Shown piece after piece: positions 37,394 to 47,131 of a stretch of DNA of 62,167 nt. The notes under the pieces were generated by a model. The model had not been told where the DNA came from and searched no databases. It was given only the letters and a program-made list of their open reading frames with translations. This stretch comes from Thermoplasmata archaeon (GTDB lineage: Archaea; Thermoplasmatota; Thermoplasmata; Lutacidiplasmatales; UBA184): assembly GCA_030038655.1 (NCBI GenBank), contig JASHSP010000118.1:1-62167 (forward strand), given 5' to 3'. Numbering within the stretch: the first letter of the stretch is position 1; every line of letters begins with the position of its first letter. The translations under genes were made by a program, and so were the position numbers.

Positions 37394-37816
37394 GTGCTCG
37401 CGGCTCCCGGCCCCGGTCCGACCGCGCTCTCCCTGGCGACGCCCGGGTTCTACGTTCTGGTCGCCACCTTGGTGCTGTTCGTCGCGATGCTGTTCGTCCT
37501 TCGGACCTACTACCCCAACCGAAAGCGGGGGCTGGAGGGATACCTCGAGGCCGCCGGGGTCAGCCTCGGTTTCCTGGTCGTGTCGGTCGCCCTGGTCGTG
37601 GCGCTCGCGGCCCACGACCCCGACGGCAATCGGACGTCCTACGCGCTCTTCGAGGCGATCATCAGCGGCTACTGGCTGGCCGTGGCGATCCCGGTCGTCA
37701 CCGTCGGAAGCTCGGTCCAGGCCCGGTCGCGCGGGGCGATCCGTTGGCTTCTCCCGTCGATGGTCGTGGCGGCGGTCGCGTTTCTCGGCGTGTTCGCGTA
37801 CTACTACGCCGCGTGA
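37394..37816 (+). CDS. hypothetical four-TM membrane protein
   Basis: Four hydrophobic segments; fills the gap between neighbours. Confidence 0.7.
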   Translation: MLAAPGPGPTALSLATPGFYVLVATLVLFVAMLFVLRTYYPNRKRGLEGYLEAAGVSLGFLVVSVALVVALAAHDPDGNRTSYALFEAIISGYWLAVAIPVVTVGSSVQARSRGAIRWLLPSMVVAAVAFLGVFAYYYAA

Positions 37817-37852
37817 CCGGGACCCCGCACGGGCCGGGACGGGACCGTCCGG

Positions 37853-38035
37853 TCAGTCGCGCTCGTCCGGAGGCAGCAGGTCGGGGATGCCGTCGTCGAT
37901 GGGGTAGTTCACGGCGCAGTGCGCGCAGGCGAGCGTTCCGGTGAGGATCTCCTCTCCGTCCTTCTTCCCCACGGTCAGGGCGAGCTCGCCCCGACAGACC
38001 GGGCATCGGAGGATGTCGAGCAGGTCCGGCCTCAT
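37853..38035 (-). CDS. Trm112 family methyltransferase activator
   Basis: LLDILRCPVCRGEL...CAHC..YPIDDGIPDLLP. Confidence 0.9.
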   Translation of the reverse strand: MRPDLLDILRCPVCRGELALTVGKKDGEEILTGTLACAHCAVNYPIDDGIPDLLPPDERD

Positions 38036-39267
38036 TTGCCGCCGGCCTCGACGATCCCGTATCCGATCAGCCGCCAGGCGTTCAGCTTCCGCGAGATCGC
38101 GACGCGGCTCCCCGGAAAGACCGTCACCGGACGGGCGAGCGACAGCTCGACCTCGTCCCCCCGCGCGCTGGTGACCTTGCCGGGGGCGATCGTCGTGCCG
38201 ACGGTCACCGCGAGCAGCTCGCTGGTCCGGATCTTCTCGACCTTGATCTCCCGCTGGGCGCCCAGGACGCGGTCGAGGAGCGTCGCGCGCAAACGGATCT
38301 TCTGGCTGACGGGCGGGAGCGTTCCTGCCGTCCCGATGAGCCGGCCGGTGAGCCCGTCCCCCTTCGCGAGCGACGGGTCGAGGGTCGTTCCCACCGCCCC
38401 GAGGCCGCCGGGGTGCAGCTCGTCCCGCGCCTCGCCGCCCGAAACGATCGACGTGACCTTCGTCGTCAGTGCCTCCGCGCGTCCGTTCCCCGCGCCCGCG
38501 ACGCCGGGGCGGATCTCGATCTCCTCGCCCATCTCGAGCCGTCCCTGGAGGAGCGAGCCGCCGAGCACCCCGCCCTTGAGGTCCTTCGGTCGCGTCCCCG
38601 GACGGTTCACGTCGAAGGAGCGCGCCACGTACATCAGCGGCGGCTTCTTCGGGTCGCGGACGGGCGTCGGGATCGTTTCCTCGATCGCCCCGATGAGCGA
38701 ATCGATCCCCGCCTTGTGGTTCGCGCTGATCGGGACGACCGGGGCCTTCGCGAGCGGCGTGTCCTTGAGGAACTCCTGGATCTCACGATAGCTCTTCTCG
38801 GCGTCCTCGGCGGAGAGGAGGTCGATCTTGTTCTGGACGACCACGACGTTCCGGACCCCGATGATGTCGAGCGCGTAGAGGTGTTCGCGGGTCTGCGGCT
38901 GCGGCGTGTGCTCGTTCGCCGCGATCAGCAGGAGCGCGCCGTCCATGATCGCCGCCCCGGAGAGCATGGTCGCCATCAGGGTCTCGTGGCCGGGCGCGTC
39001 CACGAACGAGATCGCGCGCAAGAACTTGGCCTTCCCACCGCAGGTGGGGCAGACCGGCTCCACCGAGTAGCCCGTGGGCTTCGGACACTTCGGGCACTCG
39101 TAGAACGCCGCGTCGGCGTACCCGAGCTTGATCGAGATCCCGCGCTTCAGTTCCTCGGAGTGGCGGTCGGTCCATTCCCCCGTCAGGGCTTGGGTGAGGG
39201 TCGTCTTCCCGTGGTCGACGTGCCCCACCAGTCCGATGTTCACTTCGGGTTGGCGCGGTACCTTCAT
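38032..39267 (-). CDS. eif2g: translation initiation factor aIF2 gamma subunit
   Basis: GHVDHGKTT, EELKRGISIKLGY, DAPGHE, NKID, WRLIGYG. Confidence 0.97.
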   Translation of the reverse strand: MKVPRQPEVNIGLVGHVDHGKTTLTQALTGEWTDRHSEELKRGISIKLGYADAAFYECPKCPKPTGYSVEPVCPTCGGKAKFLRAISFVDAPGHETLMATMLSGAAIMDGALLLIAANEHTPQPQTREHLYALDIIGVRNVVVVQNKIDLLSAEDAEKSYREIQEFLKDTPLAKAPVVPISANHKAGIDSLIGAIEETIPTPVRDPKKPPLMYVARSFDVNRPGTRPKDLKGGVLGGSLLQGRLEMGEEIEIRPGVAGAGNGRAEALTTKVTSIVSGGEARDELHPGGLGAVGTTLDPSLAKGDGLTGRLIGTAGTLPPVSQKIRLRATLLDRVLGAQREIKVEKIRTSELLAVTVGTTIAPGKVTSARGDEVELSLARPVTVFPGSRVAISRKLNAWRLIGYGIVEAGGK

Positions 39268-39641
39268 GTCGCGGCGAACAGCTCCGCGAGGGGCTTCGGT
39301 CCCTTCTGGTCGACGACGAGATTGATCTGGACCGTCTCCTCGCTGATCGTGTTGCCGCGGAACGTGCGTCGCCGGCGCATCCCCTCGCGGGGGGCGTGGA
39401 AGCCGAACCCGTCGCCCACGTAGAGGCGGGTCTGCCGCGCGCCCGGCAGGTCCGGGCGCAACGGGAACCCGCTCTTGTCGGTCCCGCCGGTGATGCGGAA
39501 CGTGTAGCCGCCCGCCCCCAGGAGTTCCCCGCCGACCGACTCGCCGATCCTCTTCCCCAGGAAGCCGGCGGACTGCGGGTCGCCGACGGTCCGCGCGATC
39601 GACTTCTCCCTTTCGGAGATCACGAGCTTGAATTCGGCCAT
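39264..39641 (-). CDS. rps6e: 30S ribosomal protein eS6
   Basis: GKRIGE, ITGGTDKSGFP, GMRRRRTFRGN, QINL. Confidence 0.95.
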   Translation of the reverse strand: MAEFKLVISEREKSIARTVGDPQSAGFLGKRIGESVGGELLGAGGYTFRITGGTDKSGFPLRPDLPGARQTRLYVGDGFGFHAPREGMRRRRTFRGNTISEETVQINLVVDQKGPKPLAELFAAT

Positions 39642-39848
39642 CCGCTCCCCGTGGTGCGAAGGCGCGCGAGGTAGGTGGGTTTAAAAGCGTTTTCGAGAGG
39701 CCGGCCGCGCCGCGCGGCCCCGCGGGGGCGAGGGCGTGGCCGGCGCGACCACGTCGGGGTCCGACCGAGCCGCCGCGGCGGCGATTCCTGCGCGTCCCTG
39801 CCCTTATCAACGTCGACCTTCGTCGACCGTCGCGGTGAGGCGTCGATC

Positions 39849-40760
39849 GTGACCGGCTGGGCGGTTCCGTCGGTCGTCGGGCCGGCGATCCTGCTGGGGG
39901 GGTATGCGTATGCCGCCGCGGCCGACGTGCGAACGCGCGAGGTCACGGACCGGCTCTGGCAGCTCCTGGGGGTCGTCGGGCTGCTTCTCGGCGCCGTGTA
40001 CGTGGGCGGCGAGGGAGTCGTGCCCCTGCTCCTTTGGGTCCTGGTTGGGCTGCTGACGCTCGAGCACCTGGTGGCGTGGGACGACCTCCTTCCGATCGCC
40101 TGGCGCGACCAGGCGGACCGGGTCGAGTTGGGCGCGTATGCGGCGGTCGTCGTGATCGTCGCGGTCGCGGGCGCCCGGTACGGGCTCGGTCCGACGGGCG
40201 TTCCCGAGGCGGTGATCGCAGCGCTGGCCACGGTGCTCCTGGCGCGGGCGCTGTTCGAGGTCGGCGCGCTCTACGGCGGCGCCGACGCGAAGGCTCTGAT
40301 GGTCGCCGGCCTCCTCGTGCCCGTGTTCGCGCACCCGCTGCTCGCGGTGCCGGCGGTCGCGCCGGCGCTCGCGGTGGTCCCGTTCTCGATCAACCTGCTC
40401 ACCGACGCGGCGCTCTGTTCGCTGGTCGTTCCGTTCTATCTCGCGATCCGAAACCTTCGACGGGGCGAGTTCTCCTTCCCGCGGGGTTTCAACGGCTACT
40501 CGATGCCGGTCGCCGAGCTACCCACGAAGTACGTATGGGTCCGGGACCCGGCCGTCGAGGACTCGACCGACTCGGAAGAGCCGGAGACCTCCGCCGAGGA
40601 CGAACGGCTCCGGCGCGAGACGGCCCGTCGGTTGACCGAGCGGGGGGTCCTCCGGGTCTGGGTTTCCCCGCAGCTGCCGTTCCTGGTCCTGATGGCCATC
40701 GGAGCCGTGGCCGCACTTCTCGCCGGGAACCTGATCCTCGACATCCTCGGCCTCGTCTGA
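39849..40760 (+). CDS. A24 family prepilin/prearchaellin peptidase (FlaK/PibD-like)
   Basis: [23 protein letters not shown]. Confidence 0.85.
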   Translation: MTGWAVPSVVGPAILLGGYAYAAAADVRTREVTDRLWQLLGVVGLLLGAVYVGGEGVVPLLLWVLVGLLTLEHLVAWDDLLPIAWRDQADRVELGAYAAVVVIVAVAGARYGLGPTGVPEAVIAALATVLLARALFEVGALYGGADAKALMVAGLLVPVFAHPLLAVPAVAPALAVVPFSINLLTDAALCSLVVPFYLAIRNLRRGEFSFPRGFNGYSMPVAELPTKYVWVRDPAVEDSTDSEEPETSAEDERLRRETARRLTERGVLRVWVSPQLPFLVLMAIGAVAALLAGNLILDILGLV

Positions 40761-40872
40761 GGCGCGATACCGGGGCGAACGCACGGCGCCTCGCCCCGAA
40801 CGCCCCCGACCGAGCCGCCCTCCCCGAGGTGCCGCCCGTTCCGGCGGGCGCGGCCGGCGAAAGCTTTTGTCC

Positions 40873-41319
40873 GTGGCCCGGGTCGCGCGCTCGAGGGAAA
40901 CGTTGGCGGCGAAGCGACGGACCACCCCGATCCGGGTGTTGATCGCCAAGCCCGGCCTCGACGGCCACGACCGGGGGGCCAAGGTCGTGGCCCGAGCCCT
41001 CCGGGACGCCGGGATGGAAGTGATCTACGCCGGTCTCCGACAAACTCCCGAGGAGATCGTCCGCGCCGCCGTCGAGGAGGACGTCGACCTGGTCGGTCTG
41101 TCGATCCTCTCGGGCGCTCACATGGCGCTCTTCCCGAAGGTCCTTCGGCTGCTCAAGAAGGAGAGCCACCCTTCGATCCAGGTGTTCGCGGGCGGCATCA
41201 TCCCGGACGAGGACGCACGCCGCCTGAAACGGATGGGCGTGCGCGCGATCTTCGGGCCGGGCGCCTCCCTTGAGGAGATCGTGCGAACCGCGGAGAAGCT
41301 CGCTCGTCCTTCGGCATGA
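40873..41319 (+). CDS. methylmalonyl-CoA mutase small (cobalamin-binding) subunit
   Basis: [24 protein letters not shown]; start uncertain. Confidence 0.92.
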   Translation: MARVARSRETLAAKRRTTPIRVLIAKPGLDGHDRGAKVVARALRDAGMEVIYAGLRQTPEEIVRAAVEEDVDLVGLSILSGAHMALFPKVLRLLKKESHPSIQVFAGGIIPDEDARRLKRMGVRAIFGPGASLEEIVRTAEKLARPSA

Positions 41320-42278
41320 CCCGCCCGGCCCCGCTCCCTCCGGCCGCACGTGCGATCGTGCGGGGCGACGCACGCGCGCTGGCCCGGGCGATCAGCGCGG
41401 TCGAGAACGGCGACTCCTCCGCCGACCCAATTCTCCGGGCGATCTACCCGCGGACAGGCAAGGTTCCGGTCGTCGGGCTCGCCGGCCCGCTCGGGGTCGG
41501 CAAGTCGAGCCTCGTGAGCGCGCTGGTCGGCTACCTTCGGGGCCAGGGCCGTTCTGTCGGGGTCGTCGCGGTCGACCCGTCGAGCCCGTTCTCGGGAGGG
41601 TCCGTCCTCGGGGACCGGATTCGGCTCGAGCGTGCCCCGGGGGACGAGCGGGTCTTCTTCCGCTCGATGGCGAGCCGCGGCGCGGTGGGAGGAGTGGCGG
41701 CGGCCACGCGCGAAGCCGCCCGTCTCCTCGACGCGGCGGGGTTCGACGTGGTGCTCGTGGAGACCGTCGGGAGCGGGCAGGTCGACCTGGCGATCCGCCA
41801 GATCGCGAGCACCCGCGTGGTGGTGCTCGTCCCCCACCTGGGCGACGAGGTCCAGACGCTCAAGGCGGGGCTGTTCGAGATCGCCGACGTGTTCTGCGTC
41901 AACAAGTCCGACCTGCCCGGCGCCGAGATCGCGCAGCGGGACCTCGCCGAGCTCGTGGCGTTGGGGGCGGGGCACGACGGCTGGCGGCCACCGATCGTCG
42001 CGACCTCGACCGTGACGCCCTCCGGCATCGACCGGCTCTGGGCGGCGGTCGAGGCGCATCAGCGGTTCCTCGACAGCTCCGGGGTCCGCCGCACCGCCGA
42101 GCGACTGCGGCTCAAGGAGGAGATCGTGGGCCGCGTGCGGGACGAGCTCGCCGCGGAGCTGGCCGACCGGCTCGACCGGGACCCGGAGCTGCGCGAGCTG
42201 CTCGACCGCGTCGTGGCCCGGACTCTCGACCCGCGGTCCGCGGCGGAGCGGCTCCTCCGGTCGTTGCGCGGCCCGTAG
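41316..42278 (+). CDS. meaB: mutase-associated GTPase MeaB
   Basis: [33 protein letters not shown]. Confidence 0.93.
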   Translation: MTRPAPLPPAARAIVRGDARALARAISAVENGDSSADPILRAIYPRTGKVPVVGLAGPLGVGKSSLVSALVGYLRGQGRSVGVVAVDPSSPFSGGSVLGDRIRLERAPGDERVFFRSMASRGAVGGVAAATREAARLLDAAGFDVVLVETVGSGQVDLAIRQIASTRVVVLVPHLGDEVQTLKAGLFEIADVFCVNKSDLPGAEIAQRDLAELVALGAGHDGWRPPIVATSTVTPSGIDRLWAAVEAHQRFLDSSGVRRTAERLRLKEEIVGRVRDELAAELADRLDRDPELRELLDRVVARTLDPRSAAERLLRSLRGP

Positions 42279-42285
42279 GGGGGCG

Positions 42286-42843
42286 ATGCTCGATACGAAC
42301 CTCGCGATCGCGGGGGTGCTCCTCGCGATCGCCGTCGCCCTCGCGTACTTCGTCTTCGCCTCGTTCGCTTTCGGCGCGGGCTACCAGCCGACGCCGCGCG
42401 CCGCGGTCGAGACGATGCTCCGGTTCGCGGAGCTCGGTCCGCAGGACCGTCTCTTCGACCTCGGCGCCGGTACCGGGGCGATCGTGTTCCGGGCGGCCCG
42501 GATCTACCGGGCCCGGGTCGTGGGCGTCGAGGTTGAGCCGATCCGCGTGCTGGTGCTGCGGCTCCGTCGAAGGCTGGGCCCGTTCTCGGACCGGATCACG
42601 ATCCTCTGGGGCAGCCTGTTCCGTCTCGACTTTCGGGAGGCCACGGTCGTCACCGCCTTCCTGTGGCCGGGGGCGATGGCGCGGCTTCGCCCCAAGCTCG
42701 AGGCCGAGTTGTCGGACGGGGCTCGCGTCGTGAGCCACTGCCACGAGATCGTGGGCTGGAACTCCGCCGCCTACGACCCGGAGACGAAGGTGTACCTGTA
42801 CCGGTGGCCGGACGCGCGCCCCTCCGGTGGCGCGGCGTCGTGA
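42286..42843 (+). CDS. class I SAM-dependent methyltransferase with N-terminal TM helix
   Basis: YQPTP, DLGAGTG, GVE, GARVVSH. Confidence 0.87.
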   Translation: MLDTNLAIAGVLLAIAVALAYFVFASFAFGAGYQPTPRAAVETMLRFAELGPQDRLFDLGAGTGAIVFRAARIYRARVVGVEVEPIRVLVLRLRRRLGPFSDRITILWGSLFRLDFREATVVTAFLWPGAMARLRPKLEAELSDGARVVSHCHEIVGWNSAAYDPETKVYLYRWPDARPSGGAAS

Positions 42844-42844
42844 C

Positions 42845-42967
42845 TCAGTGGTGGTATGCGAACCAGAGCGCGGCCCCGATGATCAGGACCACCGCGATGA
42901 TCGCGAACCCGACCCACCATCCGAGCATCGCGCGCCGATCCCCCTCGGCCCAAGTTCCGTCGGACAC
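42845..42967 (-). CDS. 40-aa single-TM microprotein, not in ORF track
   Basis: MSDGTWAEGDRRAMLGWWVGFAIIAVVLIIGAALWFAYHH; GATAAA-like box ~21-26 nt upstream. Confidence 0.6.
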   Translation of the reverse strand: MSDGTWAEGDRRAMLGWWVGFAIIAVVLIIGAALWFAYHH

Positions 42968-43018
42968 GGCCGAGCACGGAACGGGTCGTTTATCGGGTTT
43001 CGATACGTACGGCCGCGG

Positions 43019-43150
43019 TCAGGGGATCCCGCCGCCGAGCTGGCCGTGGATGCCGAAGTAGGCCACGGCGATCCCGATCACGACCGCCACGACGAACGCC
43101 ACTACGACAAACCGCATCGGCACCGGCGCGTTGACCGGGGACTCGGACAC
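43019..43150 (-). CDS. 43-aa single-TM microprotein, not in ORF track
   Basis: MSESPVNAPVPMRFVVVAFVVAVVIGIAVAYFGIHGQLGGGIP; TTGAAG ~22-27 nt upstream. Confidence 0.62.
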   Translation of the reverse strand: MSESPVNAPVPMRFVVVAFVVAVVIGIAVAYFGIHGQLGGGIP

Positions 43151-43217
43151 CGGACCCTCGAGCGACGGGCCCTTCAAGAGACCATGGTTGGAACCGGCGT
43201 GGCCGCTCGGCGGCGCG

Positions 43218-44114
43218 TCAATCGGCCTTCGTCGCGGCGTGCTCCGCGCGCTTGGGAGCGGGATGCTTGGCCGCGCCCTTGTCGGCCTCCTCGGCGGGCT
43301 TCGCCCCGGCTTCGGCGGTTCCCTTCTCGGGGGGCGCCGCGGCGGCCTTGGCCTTCTTCGCCTCGGACGGCTTCGTCTCGGGGGGCGTGGTGTACTCCTC
43401 GACGTACTTGATCGCGGTCGGGTGGAGCTGAGACCGGAGCCGTTCGATCAGCCGGGCCTTGGCCGCGGAGTGCCACGCGAGGTCGAACTTCGACCGGTCG
43501 GGCACCGTGATCGTGAGCACCTTCTCGTGGAAGTGGACCTCGAAATCCTTTCCGCGTCCGTAGGTCAGCTCGATGAGGGCGCGCGCCTTAGCGGTGGGCT
43601 CCGCGATCGGCTCCACGACGGTGAACTTGGCCCTGACCTTCCGGCCGGCGAACGGGGGGTTGAAGTCCACGCGGACCCGCGCGGCGGTGTAGGTCACGAC
43701 GCGCCCGCGCCGACCACGGATCGTCAGGATCGTGCCGAGGTTGAGCTCGGCGTCGTCGCGCCGCATCTCGGGGAGCCGCTCGATCTCGTGCATGGAGAAC
43801 AGCTCGATGAGCCTCGGGTCGCGTTCGCCGAACGCCTCCGCCGGCGAGAACTCCCGCTCGACCTCCTTGCCGACCGGCGCGCTCTGGATCGCGCTCTCCA
43901 AGGCGCCCGGAAAATCGTCGCCGCCGAGAAGGTGCGGTCGGGGGCCGAACTCGAACCCCGCGGGCAATTCGAACGCGGCCCCTTCGGCCACCTTCGCGCG
44001 GGTCGTGTCGATGAGGTCCCATTTCCCGCCGGTCTCCGCCCACAGATCGTAGTCCAGCAGGACGAGGTCGCCGGACTTCGACGGGGCGCTCGAGGCCGCC
44101 GGATGCTCCGCCAT
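43218..44114 (-). CDS. FKBP-type peptidyl-prolyl isomerase (long archaeal type)
   Basis: GDLVLLDY, IDTT, PAEAFGERD, VDFNPPFAG. Confidence 0.9.
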   Translation of the reverse strand: MAEHPAASSAPSKSGDLVLLDYDLWAETGGKWDLIDTTRAKVAEGAAFELPAGFEFGPRPHLLGGDDFPGALESAIQSAPVGKEVEREFSPAEAFGERDPRLIELFSMHEIERLPEMRRDDAELNLGTILTIRGRRGRVVTYTAARVRVDFNPPFAGRKVRAKFTVVEPIAEPTAKARALIELTYGRGKDFEVHFHEKVLTITVPDRSKFDLAWHSAAKARLIERLRSQLHPTAIKYVEEYTTPPETKPSEAKKAKAAAAPPEKGTAEAGAKPAEEADKGAAKHPAPKRAEHAATKAD

Positions 44115-44332
44115 TGGGGGCGCGCAATCGAGGTGAGGTTTAAGGCTTTCCACCAGACGCGACGTCGCGCGGCGCCGTCCACGCCGGAAACCACTCCGAG
44201 CGCCGACGTTCTGTCCTGCGTCCGGCCCTCTGCCCCCTCGCACCGGCTCGGCCGAAGCGTCGGCGGCGGCCAAGCCTATATATGCGAGGGACCCCCTAAA
44301 CTCGCTCCGCCGCCACTCACGGACGTGATGGA

Positions 44333-44557
44333 ATGCGAACGTACGTCCGTATGTCGTTTCATTCGGAAGGAGCGGGTCCACTCAAGGTCCTCGAGGCCAT
44401 GCGGACCCTCGGGTTCGAGGAGTCGATGGGGTTGCACGATTTCGTCTACAAATGGAAGGAACCGACAACGATCGAAGATGTGGTCAAGTTCACCACCAAG
44501 ATGCACGAACGTCTGAAGGGTCTCGACGTCAGCTACGAGATCACGACCATCGCGTGA
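44333..44557 (+). CDS. small hypothetical alpha/beta protein
   Basis: Clean 74-aa ORF with host-like codons; TATATAT at 44277-44283. Confidence 0.72.
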   Translation: MRTYVRMSFHSEGAGPLKVLEAMRTLGFEESMGLHDFVYKWKEPTTIEDVVKFTTKMHERLKGLDVSYEITTIA

Positions 44558-44572
44558 GCCGGGCGCGGTCCC

Positions 44573-44956
44573 ATGGTCAACGGGAACGTCGATCGCCTCG
44601 AGCGGACACTGCTCCTCCATCTGTTGGAGCACCGCGGCCAGCAGGTCCGTTTCGAGGCGTCCCAGTGGACGACCGAGTTCGGCATCCTGCGGCGGTTCGC
44701 CGACCACGACCCGTCGGCGTTGAAGGCGTCGCTGCGGGCGCTGGAGATGGCCCGCATGATCTACCTCCGCACGCAGTACGTGGTGGGGTTCTCGGAGCCG
44801 AAGCACGTCTATTCGCTCACGGCCGCCGGCCACCGCAAGGCGCTGGAGTACCGCCACGAAGACGGCGACCCCCCGACGTCGGAGGGGGAGCCGTCGTCGC
44901 CTCGCCGGGGGACCGAGTCGGGCGGAGGAAACCGCCGAGCTAAGTCGACCGCCTGA
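44573..44956 (+). CDS. winged-helix domain protein
   Basis: LRALEMARMIY...HVYSLTAAG wing motif. Confidence 0.65.
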   Translation: MVNGNVDRLERTLLLHLLEHRGQQVRFEASQWTTEFGILRRFADHDPSALKASLRALEMARMIYLRTQYVVGFSEPKHVYSLTAAGHRKALEYRHEDGDPPTSEGEPSSPRRGTESGGGNRRAKSTA

Positions 44957-44963
44957 GCGCTCG

Positions 44964-45506
44964 ATGGTCGTCCTCGAGGGCCCGACCGTCCGGCTCCGCC
45001 CCATCCTTCCCGCAGACTGCCCGATGCTGTTCGATTGGTACAACGACCCGGACCTCGTCGCACCGTTCGACCGGTACACCACCGAAACGTACGACTCCTT
45101 CCTTCGGTCGGTCGCCGCGGCCGAGGGAGACCCGGGCTCCCTGGCCCCGCGGTTTGCGATCGAGCGGAGGACCGAACGGGATGTCGTAGGGCTGGTCGGG
45201 CATTACCGGGCCCACCCGGTGCTCGAGTACGTGGACGTCTGGTATCTGCTCGGGTCCCGCGAAGTCCGCGGGCACGGCCTGGGCCGCGAATCCGTCGGGC
45301 TCCTCGTGGACCATCTGCTCCGCACCGAAACGGTCGAGCGGATCGGGGCGACGTGCGACGTGGAGAACGTGCCGTCGAGCAAGCTCCTCGAGCGACTGGG
45401 GTTTCGCCGGGAGGGGACGATGCGCTCGGCGCTGTTCCACCACGGCCGGTGGCACGACGTCCACTTCTACGGGGTCACCCGGGCGGAGCGCTCGCCTCCA
45501 GGGTGA
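44964..45506 (+). CDS. GNAT acetyltransferase (RimJ/RimL-like)
   Basis: VRLRP, RGHGLG, NVPSSKLLERLGFRREG..R, WHD. Confidence 0.9.
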   Translation: MVVLEGPTVRLRPILPADCPMLFDWYNDPDLVAPFDRYTTETYDSFLRSVAAAEGDPGSLAPRFAIERRTERDVVGLVGHYRAHPVLEYVDVWYLLGSREVRGHGLGRESVGLLVDHLLRTETVERIGATCDVENVPSSKLLERLGFRREGTMRSALFHHGRWHDVHFYGVTRAERSPPG

Positions 45507-46224
45507 GGGCAAGGCGCGAGGCGCCGTCCGGCAACGGCAGCGGCGGGGCGAGCGTTACGGGGCCGAATTCGGCGGTCGAGCGCACGTGCGTTCCTCCGCA
45601 GGGGCAGACGTCGGCGCCCTCGATCTCCACCACCCGGACCGGGTCGACCTGCGCGGGCAGCGGAACCAGGCCCGAACGCTCGGACGCCGGGTTCCGGTCC
45701 CACTCGGCGCGCGGGACGTACCGTATGCGGACCTCCAGGGGGTCCTCGGCGGCCCGCGCCATGTCGCCGGCCAGGGGTTCGAGCACGCCGGGGGCGAGCG
45801 CCCCGTCGAGGTCCAGCGTCGCGCGGTTTCCGGACAGGTTCGCCTTGCGCGTTCTCAGGCCCGTCCGCGCGAAGACGCGTGCGCTCAGGAGGTGCTGGGC
45901 GCTGTGGAGCCGCATGTGGAGGTGTCGCCGCGGCCAGTCGATCGCGCCCTCGACCTCCGCCCCCAGGGCGAGCCGCGCGAGCGTGGCGGCCGGACCTTTG
46001 ACGCGGTGGACGACCGACGGCCCCGCCTTCGAGACGTCGACGACCTCGACCGACCCGTCCCCCTCGAACGCGATCGTGCCGCGGTCGCTCGGCTGGCCGC
46101 CGCCCGTCGGGTAAAAAAAGGTCCGGTCGAGGACCACGGCGCCCGGGGGGAGCGCCACGACCCGCGCGCGGAACGAGCGCACGTAGGCGTCGGAGATCGT
46201 GGCCAGGTATGCGAGCTCCGTCAC
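45475..46224 (-). CDS. alaX: free-standing alanyl-tRNA editing protein AlaX
   Basis: TFFYPTGGGQPSD, MRLHSAQHLL, CPCGGTHV. Confidence 0.92.
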   Translation of the reverse strand: MTELAYLATISDAYVRSFRARVVALPPGAVVLDRTFFYPTGGGQPSDRGTIAFEGDGSVEVVDVSKAGPSVVHRVKGPAATLARLALGAEVEGAIDWPRRHLHMRLHSAQHLLSARVFARTGLRTRKANLSGNRATLDLDGALAPGVLEPLAGDMARAAEDPLEVRIRYVPRAEWDRNPASERSGLVPLPAQVDPVRVVEIEGADVCPCGGTHVRSTAEFGPVTLAPPLPLPDGASRLALTLEASAPPG

Positions 46225-46325
46225 CGGCGGAGCGAACCCCGCGGGAGGAAAACGGCTTTCGTTCTTCCGAGGATTCGGGCAACCTTTTTAGAGGGGACCA
46301 GTGTGTCGCGCTCCGAGGTTCCTCG

Positions 46326-47057
46326 ATGTTCAAGCTCCGGCTCAAGATGGAGACGCTCCGGGAGGTCGTGGAGGTGGTCTCCACCCTCGTGAGCGAGGTC
46401 AAGCTCACGGTCTCCAAGGACGGGTTGGAAGCGAAGGCGGTGGACCCGTCGCACGTCGCGATGCTCGTGCTGAAGCTGCAGAAGGGGGTCTTCGAGGAGT
46501 TCACCGGCGAGCTCACCGAGATCGGCGTGGACGTGGAGAAGCTCAAGGAGGTCCTCCGGCTCTCGAAGCCCGGCGACGTCATCGACCTCCAGTTCGACGG
46601 GAAGAATCGGCTGGTCGCCTCGGTCGGCCGGATCACGCGCCAGATGGCCGTGGTCGACCCCGCGAGCATCACCGACCCGAAGGTGCCGAACGTGAGCCCT
46701 CCCGCCAGCGTGACCCTCAAGACGGAGGACATGCGGCAGGGGATCCGGGGCAGCGAGAGCTTCACCGACCACGTGACGCTCACGCTCGAGCCCGACGCGT
46801 TCACGATGCACTCCGAGGGCGACACGGACCGGCTCGATCTCCGGATCCCGAAGGACTCGCTCACCCGGCTCGACGTCAAGGAGGCGGTGAAGAGCATGTA
46901 CCCGCTCGATTTCTTCTCCGCGATGGTGAAGTCGATCGCCTCCGAGGAAACGACCCTGCACGTCGGGAACGAGTACCCCCTCAAGATCGAGTTCGCGGTG
47001 GGCGGCGGACGCGGCGACGGCCGCTACCTGCTCGCACCCCGGGTTGAAGAGGACTGA
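46326..47057 (+). CDS. pcn: DNA polymerase sliding clamp PCNA
   Basis: AVDPSHVAM, IGVD, SMYPLDFF, YPLKIEF, YLLAPRVEE. Confidence 0.96.
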   Translation: MFKLRLKMETLREVVEVVSTLVSEVKLTVSKDGLEAKAVDPSHVAMLVLKLQKGVFEEFTGELTEIGVDVEKLKEVLRLSKPGDVIDLQFDGKNRLVASVGRITRQMAVVDPASITDPKVPNVSPPASVTLKTEDMRQGIRGSESFTDHVTLTLEPDAFTMHSEGDTDRLDLRIPKDSLTRLDVKEAVKSMYPLDFFSAMVKSIASEETTLHVGNEYPLKIEFAVGGGRGDGRYLLAPRVEED

Positions 47058-47131
47058 CCCCGGGCTCCGCCGGGAGCCGACGCGATCGCCGCCCCGCGAC
47101 CTCTTAACCCGCCCCACCGTTCCGAAGCGCG

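Noticed and set aside
39690..39830. ncRNA in the GC-rich gap between rps6e and the A24 peptidase
   Set aside because: Only short GC palindromes; no C/D, H/ACA, SRP or RNase P features recognised
40761..40872. Cobalamin riboswitch upstream of the B12-binding subunit
   Set aside because: GC hairpins only; conserved cobalamin-riboswitch core motifs not seen
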